Positions 28,652 to 37,409 of a stretch of 64,000 nucleotides of DNA are shown here, piece after piece (the first letter of the stretch is position 1; each line of letters begins with the position of its first letter). The DNA is from Nitrospinales bacterium (lineage in GTDB: Bacteria; Nitrospinota; Nitrospinia; Nitrospinales; VA-1): assembly GCA_965223795.1 (NCBI GenBank), contig CBDCXL010000002.1, positions 1,120,001-1,184,000 of the forward strand, given 5' to 3'. A program made the translations under genes and the position numbers. Under the pieces are notes generated by a model. It had not been told where the DNA came from, did no database searches, and saw nothing but the letters and a program-made list of their open reading frames with translations.

Positions 28652-29563
28652 TTATTTGGTGGCAGGCTTTTTGCCTTTGGCCTTAGCGGCTTTCTTCTTG
28701 GCTTTCTCTTCGGCGTCGATGCGGGCCAGAAGTTCCTTGGCCTCGTCGGTGACGAATTCTTTCATCACGAACCGTCCTCCGATGGACTCCGCGTCCTTCA
28801 TTTCATCCAGACCTTCCATGCTCTGCTTGCCGATTTCCAGGATGCAGGGCGTGTACAGCTGAATGTAGGTCGGACCCAGCTCCCTCGCCACGTAAATGGC
28901 GTTCTTGACCGCTTTTTCGACGCGGTTGGGTTTGCTCACGGTGAGCAGGGCGACGTAATGACAGCCTGCTTCGCGGGCGATCTCCGGCAGCCGGACTTTT
29001 TCAAACTGCTTGCCGACGGGAGCCATTTTGGAAACGAAGCCTTTCTGCATCAGTCCGCTTTCCTGTCCGCCGGTGTTGGCGTACAGCTCGTTGTCGTAAC
29101 AGATCGTGGTGAACCGCTCCTGCCGGAACCAGGACTGCATGGTCATGTCCAGGCCGATGTCCACGGTGGCGCCGTCTCCCGCCAGAACCACGACGTCTTT
29201 CTGCCGGTCGGGGAAGCGGGATTTCAGCGTGCGCCACAACCCGGAGGCGATGGCGTTCTGGTTGCCAAACAGGGAATGGATGTTCTGCACGGCAACGTGC
29301 GGGAACACCAGGCTGGTGCAACCTGTGGAACCGACGAACACGGTGTCCTCGGGAGCCGGCAGGCTCGCCAGGATGTAGCGGAACGCGATGGACTCCGGAC
29401 ATCCGGCGCACAGGGAATGCTGCTCGATCAGTTCTTTGGACGAACCGATGTCTTTCCAGCCGCGGCCCTCTTTGCCGTAAGTGGCGGTCTCCACCAACTC
29501 CTGATACTCCGGCGGCATGATGTCCGCCAGATCATCACAGATTTTGATTTTTTCCTTACTCAT
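28652..29563 (-). CDS. forB: 2-oxoacid:ferredoxin oxidoreductase beta (TPP-binding) subunit
   Basis: HSLCAGC, GSTGC, AGDG...DNELYANTGGQ, YTPC. Confidence 0.9.
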   Translation of the reverse strand: MSKEKIKICDDLADIMPPEYQELVETATYGKEGRGWKDIGSSKELIEQHSLCAGCPESIAFRYILASLPAPEDTVFVGSTGCTSLVFPHVAVQNIHSLFGNQNAIASGLWRTLKSRFPDRQKDVVVLAGDGATVDIGLDMTMQSWFRQERFTTICYDNELYANTGGQESGLMQKGFVSKMAPVGKQFEKVRLPEIAREAGCHYVALLTVSKPNRVEKAVKNAIYVARELGPTYIQLYTPCILEIGKQSMEGLDEMKDAESIGGRFVMKEFVTDEAKELLARIDAEEKAKKKAAKAKGKKPATK

Positions 29564-29636
29564 GTTTTTCCTCTATCGGTTATTTCCCGGTTGGGAAATG
29601 TTTGTATTGACTTCAAACCAAATCGGCTTCGACGGC

Positions 29637-30884
29637 CTAGCTGCCGCGGCTCGCCAGGGTTGCGGTCTGCATTCCCAGATGCTTTTTGATCTCTTCCACG
29701 ATCACTTCGGAAGGCAGGGTCATGCCGCCTGCAACGTGCGGGCCTGCGACGACGCGCTCGTTGTCCGGAAGGATCGCTTTGATCTCGCGGGCCAGCCAGC
29801 CAGCCATGTTGAACTCGGGAACGAAGATGTGCTTGGCGTTCTTCAAAGCCTCGCGCAGTTCCTGATGCGGGAACGGGCGGATGGTTTTGATCTTCACCAG
29901 ACCCACCTTGATGCCTTCTTCTTCCAGCAGGCGGATCGCTTCGCGTCCCTGCGACACGGCGGTGCCGGAGGAGACGATCAGGATTTCCCGGTCGATGTCG
30001 TGCGTGTCGATGAGACCATCCAGAAGCAGTTCGGTGTGCTTTCTGGAACGCTCGACGGCGGCGCGGACTTCCTGCTGCCAGGAAGCGTGGGTGGCGAAGC
30101 TGATGTAATTGGATTTCATGACGAACGGATCCCGCATCATGCGGACCGGAGGACATTCCATGTCCATGCAGGGAACCGGCGACTTGTAAGGATCGTAAGG
30201 CGGCAGGGTCAAATTATCGGGCGGCAGCTCGACGGTGTCTTTGGTGTGGGTCACGAAGAAACCATCGCAGCAGGTGGCCAGCGGCAGATGCACATCCGGC
30301 TGCTCGGCGACGATAAAGCCCTTGAGGATGAAATCGAACAGGTCCTGCGCGGTTTCGGCGTGCCACACGAGCATGCCGGTTTCGAGCAGGTAATGGCATT
30401 CCAGGGTGTCGGGCTGGATGCTGAGCGGCGAGTTGACGCCCCGCATGGTCACGCACACCTGGATCGGCAGCCTGGAGCCCGCCCACATGGGGAAGTTTTC
30501 CATGGCGCGCAGGGTTCCGGGACCGGCGGTCGTGGTGAAAACGCGGTGTCCGCCGAACGAAGCGCCGGCGCATTGCCCCATGACGGCGAATTCGCTCTCG
30601 CCGCGGAAATAATCTTCCAGATATCCCTCGGCGTACAGCTCACCGATGAGCGCGGCGGCTTCACTCTGAGGGGTGATCGGGTAGGCGACGGAGGTGCCCA
30701 CGGTAGCGCGCTTGATCGCCTCGCGGATCACTTCACTGCCGGTCAAAAAGCTCGGGGTCCGTTCCGCTTCGTAGAACATCTGATTGACGTCGGTGTAGGT
30801 CTGGTCTTTCTTGTTCTTTGTGCCCAGCGCAACGTGTTGCGATCGGATAATTTTGTCTTTAGGAACCTCAACCTCTTTATTCAT
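29637..30884 (-). CDS. forA: 2-oxoacid:ferredoxin oxidoreductase alpha subunit
   Basis: AYPITPQSE, ESE, FTTTAGPG, DGFFVTH, IRPFP. Confidence 0.9.
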   Translation of the reverse strand: MNKEVEVPKDKIIRSQHVALGTKNKKDQTYTDVNQMFYEAERTPSFLTGSEVIREAIKRATVGTSVAYPITPQSEAAALIGELYAEGYLEDYFRGESEFAVMGQCAGASFGGHRVFTTTAGPGTLRAMENFPMWAGSRLPIQVCVTMRGVNSPLSIQPDTLECHYLLETGMLVWHAETAQDLFDFILKGFIVAEQPDVHLPLATCCDGFFVTHTKDTVELPPDNLTLPPYDPYKSPVPCMDMECPPVRMMRDPFVMKSNYISFATHASWQQEVRAAVERSRKHTELLLDGLIDTHDIDREILIVSSGTAVSQGREAIRLLEEEGIKVGLVKIKTIRPFPHQELREALKNAKHIFVPEFNMAGWLAREIKAILPDNERVVAGPHVAGGMTLPSEVIVEEIKKHLGMQTATLASRGS

Positions 30885-30987
30885 AAAATCACTCCCTCAG
30901 AAATGACGCTTAAAGAGTTGCTGGTTTTGCAACACTCAGATGGTGGTTCGATGATCTCAAACGAACAAAAGTTCTTGTATTCGAATC

Positions 30988-31620
30988 CTAGGCAATCTGC
31001 CCGGTACGGTCCATCTTGATCTGCGTGAAATCTTCGGCTTCGCTTTTCACGCCCTCTTTCTTCAACCTTTCGATCACATCTTTCAGCTTCAGGATCTTCT
31101 CGACCGTGGCATCGCGGAACGACAGGCAGGCATCCTCATGCCCGGCCTGGGCGCACATGGCCATGGTGAAGCAATCGGTGCCGCCGCGAATGATCTTGAG
31201 CGCCAGGTTGGCCTGGTGACAGTGCACGCCGACGAACATGCAGACATCGATTTTATTATGCCAAATGGTCAGGTTCGGGTGGTTCGGGTTGATTTCCGCC
31301 GCGGGTTCGATTTTGGGATACTTGGGACGGTAGTCGGCCATGGGTATCAACCGCGCGGGCATTGCATTGGCGAGAGCTCGAATGGCGGCGGCTTTCTTTG
31401 CCGCTTTTTCGTTCCAGTGCCAAAGCACCAGGGGACCGGGGAAAATGGTCGGCACTTTGGCGGCCAAAAACTTCCGCGCCGCATATTCCATACCTTCGTC
31501 TTCCGGGGCGATCCTTCCCTCTATATGACATTCTCCGGGATTCGGCAAAACAACCCCCATGCATGCTGCTGCAGGAGGTAAAAAAGCCTCCGGCCCCGCT
31601 TTGACCTGATATTGGCTCAT
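30988..31620 (-). CDS. forD: Five-subunit 2-oxoacid:ferredoxin oxidoreductase delta subunit
   Basis: GPEAFLPPAA, PTIFPGPLVLW, INPNHPNLTIWHNKID, GVHCHQ; first gene of the D-A-B-G-E order. Confidence 0.8.
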   Translation of the reverse strand: MSQYQVKAGPEAFLPPAAACMGVVLPNPGECHIEGRIAPEDEGMEYAARKFLAAKVPTIFPGPLVLWHWNEKAAKKAAAIRALANAMPARLIPMADYRPKYPKIEPAAEINPNHPNLTIWHNKIDVCMFVGVHCHQANLALKIIRGGTDCFTMAMCAQAGHEDACLSFRDATVEKILKLKDVIERLKKEGVKSEAEDFTQIKMDRTGQIA

Positions 31621-31662
31621 TCTCATTAACCCTTTTCGAATTTAGAAAGTTGAAAGTGTGTA

Positions 31663-31692
31663 AATATAAACCACTAATTGCAAGGTTGTCAA
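31663..31692 (-). promoter_or_regulatory. Sigma70-type promoter of the for operon
   Basis: Minus strand TTGACA, 18-nt spacer, TATATT. Confidence 0.5.
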
Positions 31693-32066
31693 ACCTTTTC
31701 CCTGATTACGGCCGGGGCCTTTTCGGCACGCTGATTCCCAATTATTATACTGTTTCAAAAGCCCGCAACCAAACAAATTGCCCAATTTCAGACCCGCCGG
31801 ATCGGGGTATTTTCCGAGGCGTTTCCAGTGCTGTTTGAGAGCCCCGCGGGACTGAAATCCAAGTGCCTGCAAAAGTGTTGATGGTATGCGGGTTGACCGG
31901 CTCGCCGAAGGCGAATGGATTCGCCGGGGCGAATACCAGGACCTGCCTGCCTGCCGTCCGGCCGCTGCCAATGGCCGGCTCAAACATCATTTATGCACCC
32001 CGTTCGGCATCAAAAAGGTGGGATCGAGCCCCTGGAATCTCCATTTTTTAAGCGATTTTACGATTT

Positions 32067-32603
32067 TCAGGCTTTTTGGGCTTTTTGCGAAACCAGGGTC
32101 CGTTTCAATGCTTCCAGAGAAGCCAGGTGTTTTTTCTCTTCCGCAAGCAAGTGGGAAAAGATCACCCGGACATCGATTTTCCGTTCCGTCTGCAGCAGGT
32201 TGCTCAAAACTTCAATGGATCGCTTTTCCGAGGCGATGCCGATCTCCAGCGCTTCCAGATCGCTTTTGAATTCCAGGGTATCGGGAACGGACGGGTCGTC
32301 CGTGCCGGGGAACACCTTGCCGTCGACCAGTTCGGCGATCATCTGGTCTACATGCTTGCGGCTGGCCGATCTGGTTTTGAGCGCCGGCTGCAGAAATCCC
32401 GCTTTGCTCTGGAGGGACTGAATGTGTTCTTTTTCTTCCGCCGCCAGTCTGAGAAAAATGTCCTGCACTTTTGGATCTTTGACTTTTTTGGCGGACTTTT
32501 CGTAATAGACCAGCCCCTGCTTTTCGATGCACAGGCTGATCTCGATCGCATCGATGCAGTGAAAACGCAGCGGCGGGATTTCTTTAGAATCGCTTTCCTT
32601 CAT
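32067..32603 (-). CDS. Ferritin-like / rubrerythrin-family diiron protein
   Basis: IEKQGLVYY...LAAEEKEH and SEKRS...LLAEEKKH paired ExxH motifs. Start uncertain (GAGG RBS before 32603). Confidence 0.82.
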   Translation of the reverse strand: MKESDSKEIPPLRFHCIDAIEISLCIEKQGLVYYEKSAKKVKDPKVQDIFLRLAAEEKEHIQSLQSKAGFLQPALKTRSASRKHVDQMIAELVDGKVFPGTDDPSVPDTLEFKSDLEALEIGIASEKRSIEVLSNLLQTERKIDVRVIFSHLLAEEKKHLASLEALKRTLVSQKAQKA

Positions 32604-32897
32604 GCACGGCCTCTTTAAGGAATCGATCCGCATGCCTGTAACATCAATTCCCTTATTGGACTCCAATGTAAGGAAAAAGATTCAAACAGGCACCATTTAT
32701 TTTAATAAATTATGCTAATATAATTGCCGCCCCAGACAGGGGAGACGGATATCCAGCCGCGTACCGCCGGCACTTGGGTCCGCGCTCAGAACCCCCATCA
32801 GTTCCAAATTTTCAACTCATTCGCAGCTTTCCGAAACGGGAAGCCCGCAATATCGCACCGGTGAATTTTTGTTGAGGTGCGGATTATACTCAAGACG

Positions 32898-33329
32898 ATG
32901 AAAAAAGTGCAAATATTTACCGACGGCTGCTGCAAGGGCAACCCGGGTCCCGGAGGCTGGGGCTGCATCATCCGCTCCAACGGCTCGACGAAAGAGCTGA
33001 AAGGGGCGAAAAAGCAGACGACCAACAATATCATGGAACTCACGGCCGCCATCAAGGCGTTGAAGCATCTTGAGGAACCGTGCCAGGTCGTGCTGACCAC
33101 GGATTCGCAATACCTGTTGAAAGGAATGACCGAGTGGATCAACGGCTGGGTGCGCAAGGGATGGGTGAACGCGTCGCGCCAGCCGGTCAAAAACAAGGAC
33201 CTGTGGCTTGAGCTGCTGGATCTCAGTAAAACCCACGACATCACCTGGAAGTGGGTGCGGGGCCACTCGGGCCACCCGGAAAACGAACGCGCCGATGCGC
33301 TGGCCAACGAGGCCATGGCCCACCTGTAA
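32898..33329 (+). CDS. rnhA: Ribonuclease HI
   Basis: [47 protein letters not shown]. Confidence 0.97.
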   Translation: MKKVQIFTDGCCKGNPGPGGWGCIIRSNGSTKELKGAKKQTTNNIMELTAAIKALKHLEEPCQVVLTTDSQYLLKGMTEWINGWVRKGWVNASRQPVKNKDLWLELLDLSKTHDITWKWVRGHSGHPENERADALANEAMAHL

Positions 33330-33348
33330 CCCGGACCGCCATTTGCCA

Positions 33349-34527
33349 ATGCCGACCCTTCCCGACCGCGAGCGCCGATCCCGCACCGTTTTTAACGGCA
33401 GGGCGATCCTTCCGGGCGCGCTGGCGCTGATCCTCATTTTGTTCTGCTCTTCCGTTCATGCGGCCTCGACGCTGCCGCCGGTGCTGGCGGACGACCTGGA
33501 CACGGCCTCGCTGAAAAAGGCGATCCGAAACCAGCTTGCGGTGATGCAGGAGGTCGACCCCGACCGCCGGATCCGGCTGGGGAAAAAGCGGGTGACGCAC
33601 GGGTATCTCGTGCACACGCTGACAGCGTTTCTCAGGCTTCTGGAAGAAAACCTGCCGCCTTCGAAGTTTCAACGGAAAGTCGCCGAGCAGTTCGACTTTT
33701 ACAAGGTGGGGAAAGGCAGGAAGAAGCATTTTCTGTACACGGGATACTACACGCCGGTGATCCGGGCGAGCCGCAAGCCTTCGAAAATCTACCGCTACCC
33801 GTTGTACCGGCTGCCGGACGCATCGACGGAGTTCCGCCGGATCTCGCTTGATCACCAGGAAGAAGGCGTTGCGCGCAAACCGGTGTCCTGGCGCGATTTC
33901 ACCCGCAGGCAGATCGATCAGCAGGGGCTCCTGAAAAACAAAAACCTGGAGATCGCCTGGCTGAAGGACGACCTGGAACGGTTCTTCCTGCACATTCAGG
34001 GATCGGGGCGGCTTTTGTTTCCGGACGGGACGACGCAGGGGGTGCGCTACGCGGGCTCGAACAACCACGCCTACACCGGCATCGGCAAGCTGATGATGAA
34101 GGACGGGCTTTTAGGACGTTATGAACGCTCGATGCAGGGCATCAAGAAATACCTCCGAAAAAATCCCGCGGCCATCCCGAAGTATCTGTTCCAGAACAAG
34201 CGCTACATCTTTTTCTCGTATTCGGACACGGGCCCGCGCGGCTCGGGCGGCGGCGAGCTGGTGGGGGGCCGTTCGCTGGCGACGGACAAATCCATCTATC
34301 CTGCGGGCGCGCTGGCGTTCATCCGCACGCGCAAACCCATCCTCGACAGGAACAATCGCATCACGCGCTGGCAGTGGACATCCCGCTATGTGGTGGATCA
34401 GGATACGGGCAGCGACATCAAGGGGCCGGGCCGGGGGGACCTCTACTTCGGCACGGGCGTGCGGCCGGGGGTGATCGCGGGGAACTTCAAGGAGCGGGGG
34501 GAGCTGTATTACCTGCTGAAAAAATGA
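33349..34527 (+). CDS. mltA: MltA-family lytic murein transglycosylase
   Basis: TGYYTP, FFLHIQGSG, YAGSNNHAY, QDTGSDIKGPGRGDLYFG (3D domain). Confidence 0.9.
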   Translation: MPTLPDRERRSRTVFNGRAILPGALALILILFCSSVHAASTLPPVLADDLDTASLKKAIRNQLAVMQEVDPDRRIRLGKKRVTHGYLVHTLTAFLRLLEENLPPSKFQRKVAEQFDFYKVGKGRKKHFLYTGYYTPVIRASRKPSKIYRYPLYRLPDASTEFRRISLDHQEEGVARKPVSWRDFTRRQIDQQGLLKNKNLEIAWLKDDLERFFLHIQGSGRLLFPDGTTQGVRYAGSNNHAYTGIGKLMMKDGLLGRYERSMQGIKKYLRKNPAAIPKYLFQNKRYIFFSYSDTGPRGSGGGELVGGRSLATDKSIYPAGALAFIRTRKPILDRNNRITRWQWTSRYVVDQDTGSDIKGPGRGDLYFGTGVRPGVIAGNFKERGELYYLLKK

Positions 34528-35073
34528 TCACTCCGGCTCGCTGTACAGCGAGACCAGCCGCCGGTCGATGAAATCGAAGCGTTCGTCGCGCACGAAGAAC
34601 TGCTCCTTGTCGGGAGCGCCGTGGACGGCGGAGTAATCCAGGTTGGCCGGATTTCTCTTGATCATGCAGGCGAAGGTGACGCTTTCGGGTTTTTCCTCGA
34701 TTTCCAGATATTCCACGGCGCGCAGGAAGGTCGACCCTGTTGTGACGATGTCGTCCACGATCAGCCAGTGCGTGTCCGACGAACGCTCGGGCGTGACGAG
34801 CTGCTCGACGTCGATCCTTTTTTTCGGCATGATCTGAAACGGCAGGTTCATGAGCTTTGAAAGCTGGTAGCCCACGCGGATGCCTTCGGTTTCCGCTCCG
34901 ACCACGACATCCAGCTTGCCGTGCTTTTCTTCCCATTGCCTCAGCTTGTAAAGCAGCATCTCACAGTACGCGGCGTTCATGCTGTCGGACAGGGAGCCGT
35001 AGTCGTAGTCGTAGCTGGATTTGACGCCGGTATCGAGTGTGAAGTCGCCGCGCCTGATGATGCGTGTGAACAT
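34528..35073 (-). CDS. Type I phosphoribosyltransferase, divergent PyrE-like
   Basis: GDFTLDTG..S.Y, PRPP loop LIVDDIVTTGST; AAAGGAG RBS before ATG 35073. Confidence 0.72.
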   Translation of the reverse strand: MFTRIIRRGDFTLDTGVKSSYDYDYGSLSDSMNAAYCEMLLYKLRQWEEKHGKLDVVVGAETEGIRVGYQLSKLMNLPFQIMPKKRIDVEQLVTPERSSDTHWLIVDDIVTTGSTFLRAVEYLEIEEKPESVTFACMIKRNPANLDYSAVHGAPDKEQFFVRDERFDFIDRRLVSLYSEPE

Positions 35074-35204
35074 CGAAACTCCTTTCGCCGCTGCCGCGCA
35101 ACATTCCCTCTCCCGAAGCAATCTTTCGGCTGGCAGCGCTGTTTTTTCTGAAAATCTGCAACAGAATGCCGCGTGTTACCAAGATCCCCTGGCGGGGATT
35201 TTAT

Positions 35205-35867
35205 TCAGGTTCGCTCGGGCCAGCCGTATTTTCCGACCAGCGGAACGAATTTGCAACCACCGATTTCGCGCGTGGTGATCTTGCCGCTGTCTTTGGTCAA
35301 CAGCTTGAGGGACTGTCTTTCCAGACCGCCGACGGGAACCACGAGCCGGCCCTTGTCTCCAAGCTGGCTGATGAGCATCTCGGGTATGGACGGCGTGGAG
35401 GCGGTGATGAGGATGGCGTCGAAGGGGGCCTGGTCCGGCCAGCCGTAGGTGCCGTCGAACACTTTGAACACGATGTTGTTGATGTAGTTGAGCTGTTCGA
35501 GCAGGATGCGGGCCTTCTGCGCGAGGCTGCGGATGCGCTCGATGGTGAACACCTGGCCGCACAGCTCCGCCAGCAGCGCGGTCTGGTAACCGGAGCCGGT
35601 GCCGATTTCAAGAACCCGGTCGCTGTCTTTCAGGTTGAGCGCTTCGGTCATCGCGGCCACCACGTAGGGCTGGGAGATGGTCTGGTTTTCCCCGATCGGC
35701 AGCGGGCAGTCTCCGTAGGCCCGGTGCTGCAGCGGGCCGTGCACGAACAGGTGCCGGGGGATGCGGTTCATCGCTTCCATGATGCGCAGGTCGGTGATGC
35801 CGCGGTTGACGAGCTGCTCTTCGACCATCTTGCGTCTTTGACCTTCGTAAGACCTGGTATCCAGCAT
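35205..35867 (-). CDS. pcm: Protein-L-isoaspartate O-methyltransferase
   Basis: PRHLFV, QTISQPY, VLEIGTGSGYQ, APFDAI, FVPL. Confidence 0.96.
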   Translation of the reverse strand: MLDTRSYEGQRRKMVEEQLVNRGITDLRIMEAMNRIPRHLFVHGPLQHRAYGDCPLPIGENQTISQPYVVAAMTEALNLKDSDRVLEIGTGSGYQTALLAELCGQVFTIERIRSLAQKARILLEQLNYINNIVFKVFDGTYGWPDQAPFDAILITASTPSIPEMLISQLGDKGRLVVPVGGLERQSLKLLTKDSGKITTREIGGCKFVPLVGKYGWPERT

Positions 35868-35993
35868 GGTGATCCTGCCGTGAGGATGTTTAGGAAAATG
35901 GGTGACGGGTGTGTGCGTGGGGCATGAAACTTCGGCCGGGTGTGCCCTGAAGAAAGCGCTTGAAGGGAAGCCCCGGTGAGGATCGGGATTCCG

Positions 35994-36311
35994 TCAGTTC
36001 AGGGGGGTCCTTCTATCGGAATCGGAACGCTTCGACGGAATCATGGAAAACGAATTAATTCCAAAATCAGAATTCGGCAGGGATTCCAGCTTTTTCGGGT
36101 TCTGGTAAAAAACCAGATCCCAGCGGTCGTCCCATTCGTCGTACTTGAGCAGGTAGATGTTGTCATCATCGGCGCGCACTTTGAAATAGCTGGCCTCTTC
36201 ACCATACCAACGGTCGATGATGTCGCTCACAACATAACGCCGGTCCATGAGGCTGAAGGCGATGGGCCTCTCGTTAAGCTTATAGCCTGAAAAGCATTCC
36301 ACCTTAAGCAT
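35994..36311 (-). CDS. Small conserved hypothetical protein
   Basis: KVECFSGYKLNERP...IIDRWYG...YFKVRADD..YLL pattern; plausible codon usage. Confidence 0.65.
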   Translation of the reverse strand: MLKVECFSGYKLNERPIAFSLMDRRYVVSDIIDRWYGEEASYFKVRADDDNIYLLKYDEWDDRWDLVFYQNPKKLESLPNSDFGINSFSMIPSKRSDSDRRTPLN

Positions 36312-36523
36312 GAACGTATGTTATGACGAAGGCCTTCAAAAGTAAACTATTTTTTGACTCCTTGAAAAGGATGCCCTTATAATTTTCAGTTCCACTTTCG
36401 CCCTGGTTTCAACGAATTCATTTTTTGTGCAGAAATGGGCAACTCCGGCACGGATTGCGAATCCGGCGGCCCGCCGTTTCGCCGGAATGCGCCGCAACCG
36501 CCACCCCCGATCGTGAACCGCGA

Positions 36524-37390
36524 ATGCTTGAGCCGGAAAACAGCCGTATCGAGGCCCACCTGAAAGCGTTGATCGGGGAGAGAAACCCGCTCGGCAGCCC
36601 GGATGCGCTGGATGCGGCGGCCCGCTATGTTTTCCGCCACTTCGAATCGCTCGGTCTTGAGATGCGCGAGGAGGCGGTTCCGTTTGAGGGCGGCGACTCG
36701 GTCAACATCCTCGGCCTGAAACCGGGCACGCAACCCGATTCTCCGGCTTTCATTTTAGCCGCCCATTTTGACACGGTGGAGAACAGTCCCGGCGCCGACG
36801 ACAACGCCAGCGCGGTGGCGGCGCTTTTGGAAACCGCGGCCTGTCTTGAAAACGTGCGGCTCGCCTCGCCGCTTCTGTTCGCGGGCTTCACGCTGGAGGA
36901 ATACGGCTTCGTGGGCAGTTCGCATTTTGTCTCCCGCGCCAACGAACGGGGCGAATCGTTTCTCGGCATGATCTCGCTGGAGATGGTGGGTTACCGGGAC
37001 CGCAAACCCGGATCGCAGACCTACCCGCCCTACATCGATCCTTCACAATATCCGGACTCGGGCGATTTCATCGCGGTGGTTGGCAACGAACCGTCGGCGG
37101 CGCTCACGCACGCGATCGCCGACGCCATGCAGCATTCGGCGGAGGAACTCAAGGTCGAACGGCTGGTGGTGCCGGGCCGCGGCGACCGGTTCCGCGAAGT
37201 GACACTCAGCGACCACTCGCCGTTCTGGGAAAACGGCACGCCGGCGGTGATGGTGACGGACACGGCTTTTTTAAGAAACCCCCATTATCATCAGCCAACT
37301 GATACAATGGAAACTCTGGACGTTGATTTTATTCGGGAAACGACTCAGGGCATCCTGGGTTTTCTGAAACAGCACCTGAATCCTGAGTGA
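36524..37390 (+). CDS. M28-family peptidase
   Basis: AHFDT, PGADDNASAVA, FTLEE, SLEMVGY, SDHSPFW, NPHYH. Confidence 0.9.
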   Translation: MLEPENSRIEAHLKALIGERNPLGSPDALDAAARYVFRHFESLGLEMREEAVPFEGGDSVNILGLKPGTQPDSPAFILAAHFDTVENSPGADDNASAVAALLETAACLENVRLASPLLFAGFTLEEYGFVGSSHFVSRANERGESFLGMISLEMVGYRDRKPGSQTYPPYIDPSQYPDSGDFIAVVGNEPSAALTHAIADAMQHSAEELKVERLVVPGRGDRFREVTLSDHSPFWENGTPAVMVTDTAFLRNPHYHQPTDTMETLDVDFIRETTQGILGFLKQHLNPE

Positions 37391-37409
37391 ACGGAAAAGG
37401 TTTCGATCG

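Noticed and set aside
32700..32897. Possible ncRNA (6S or SRP) upstream of rnhA
   Set aside because: Only a TATAAT box and one short hairpin (GCTTTCCG-aaa-CGGGAAGC); no SRP or 6S hallmark recognised.
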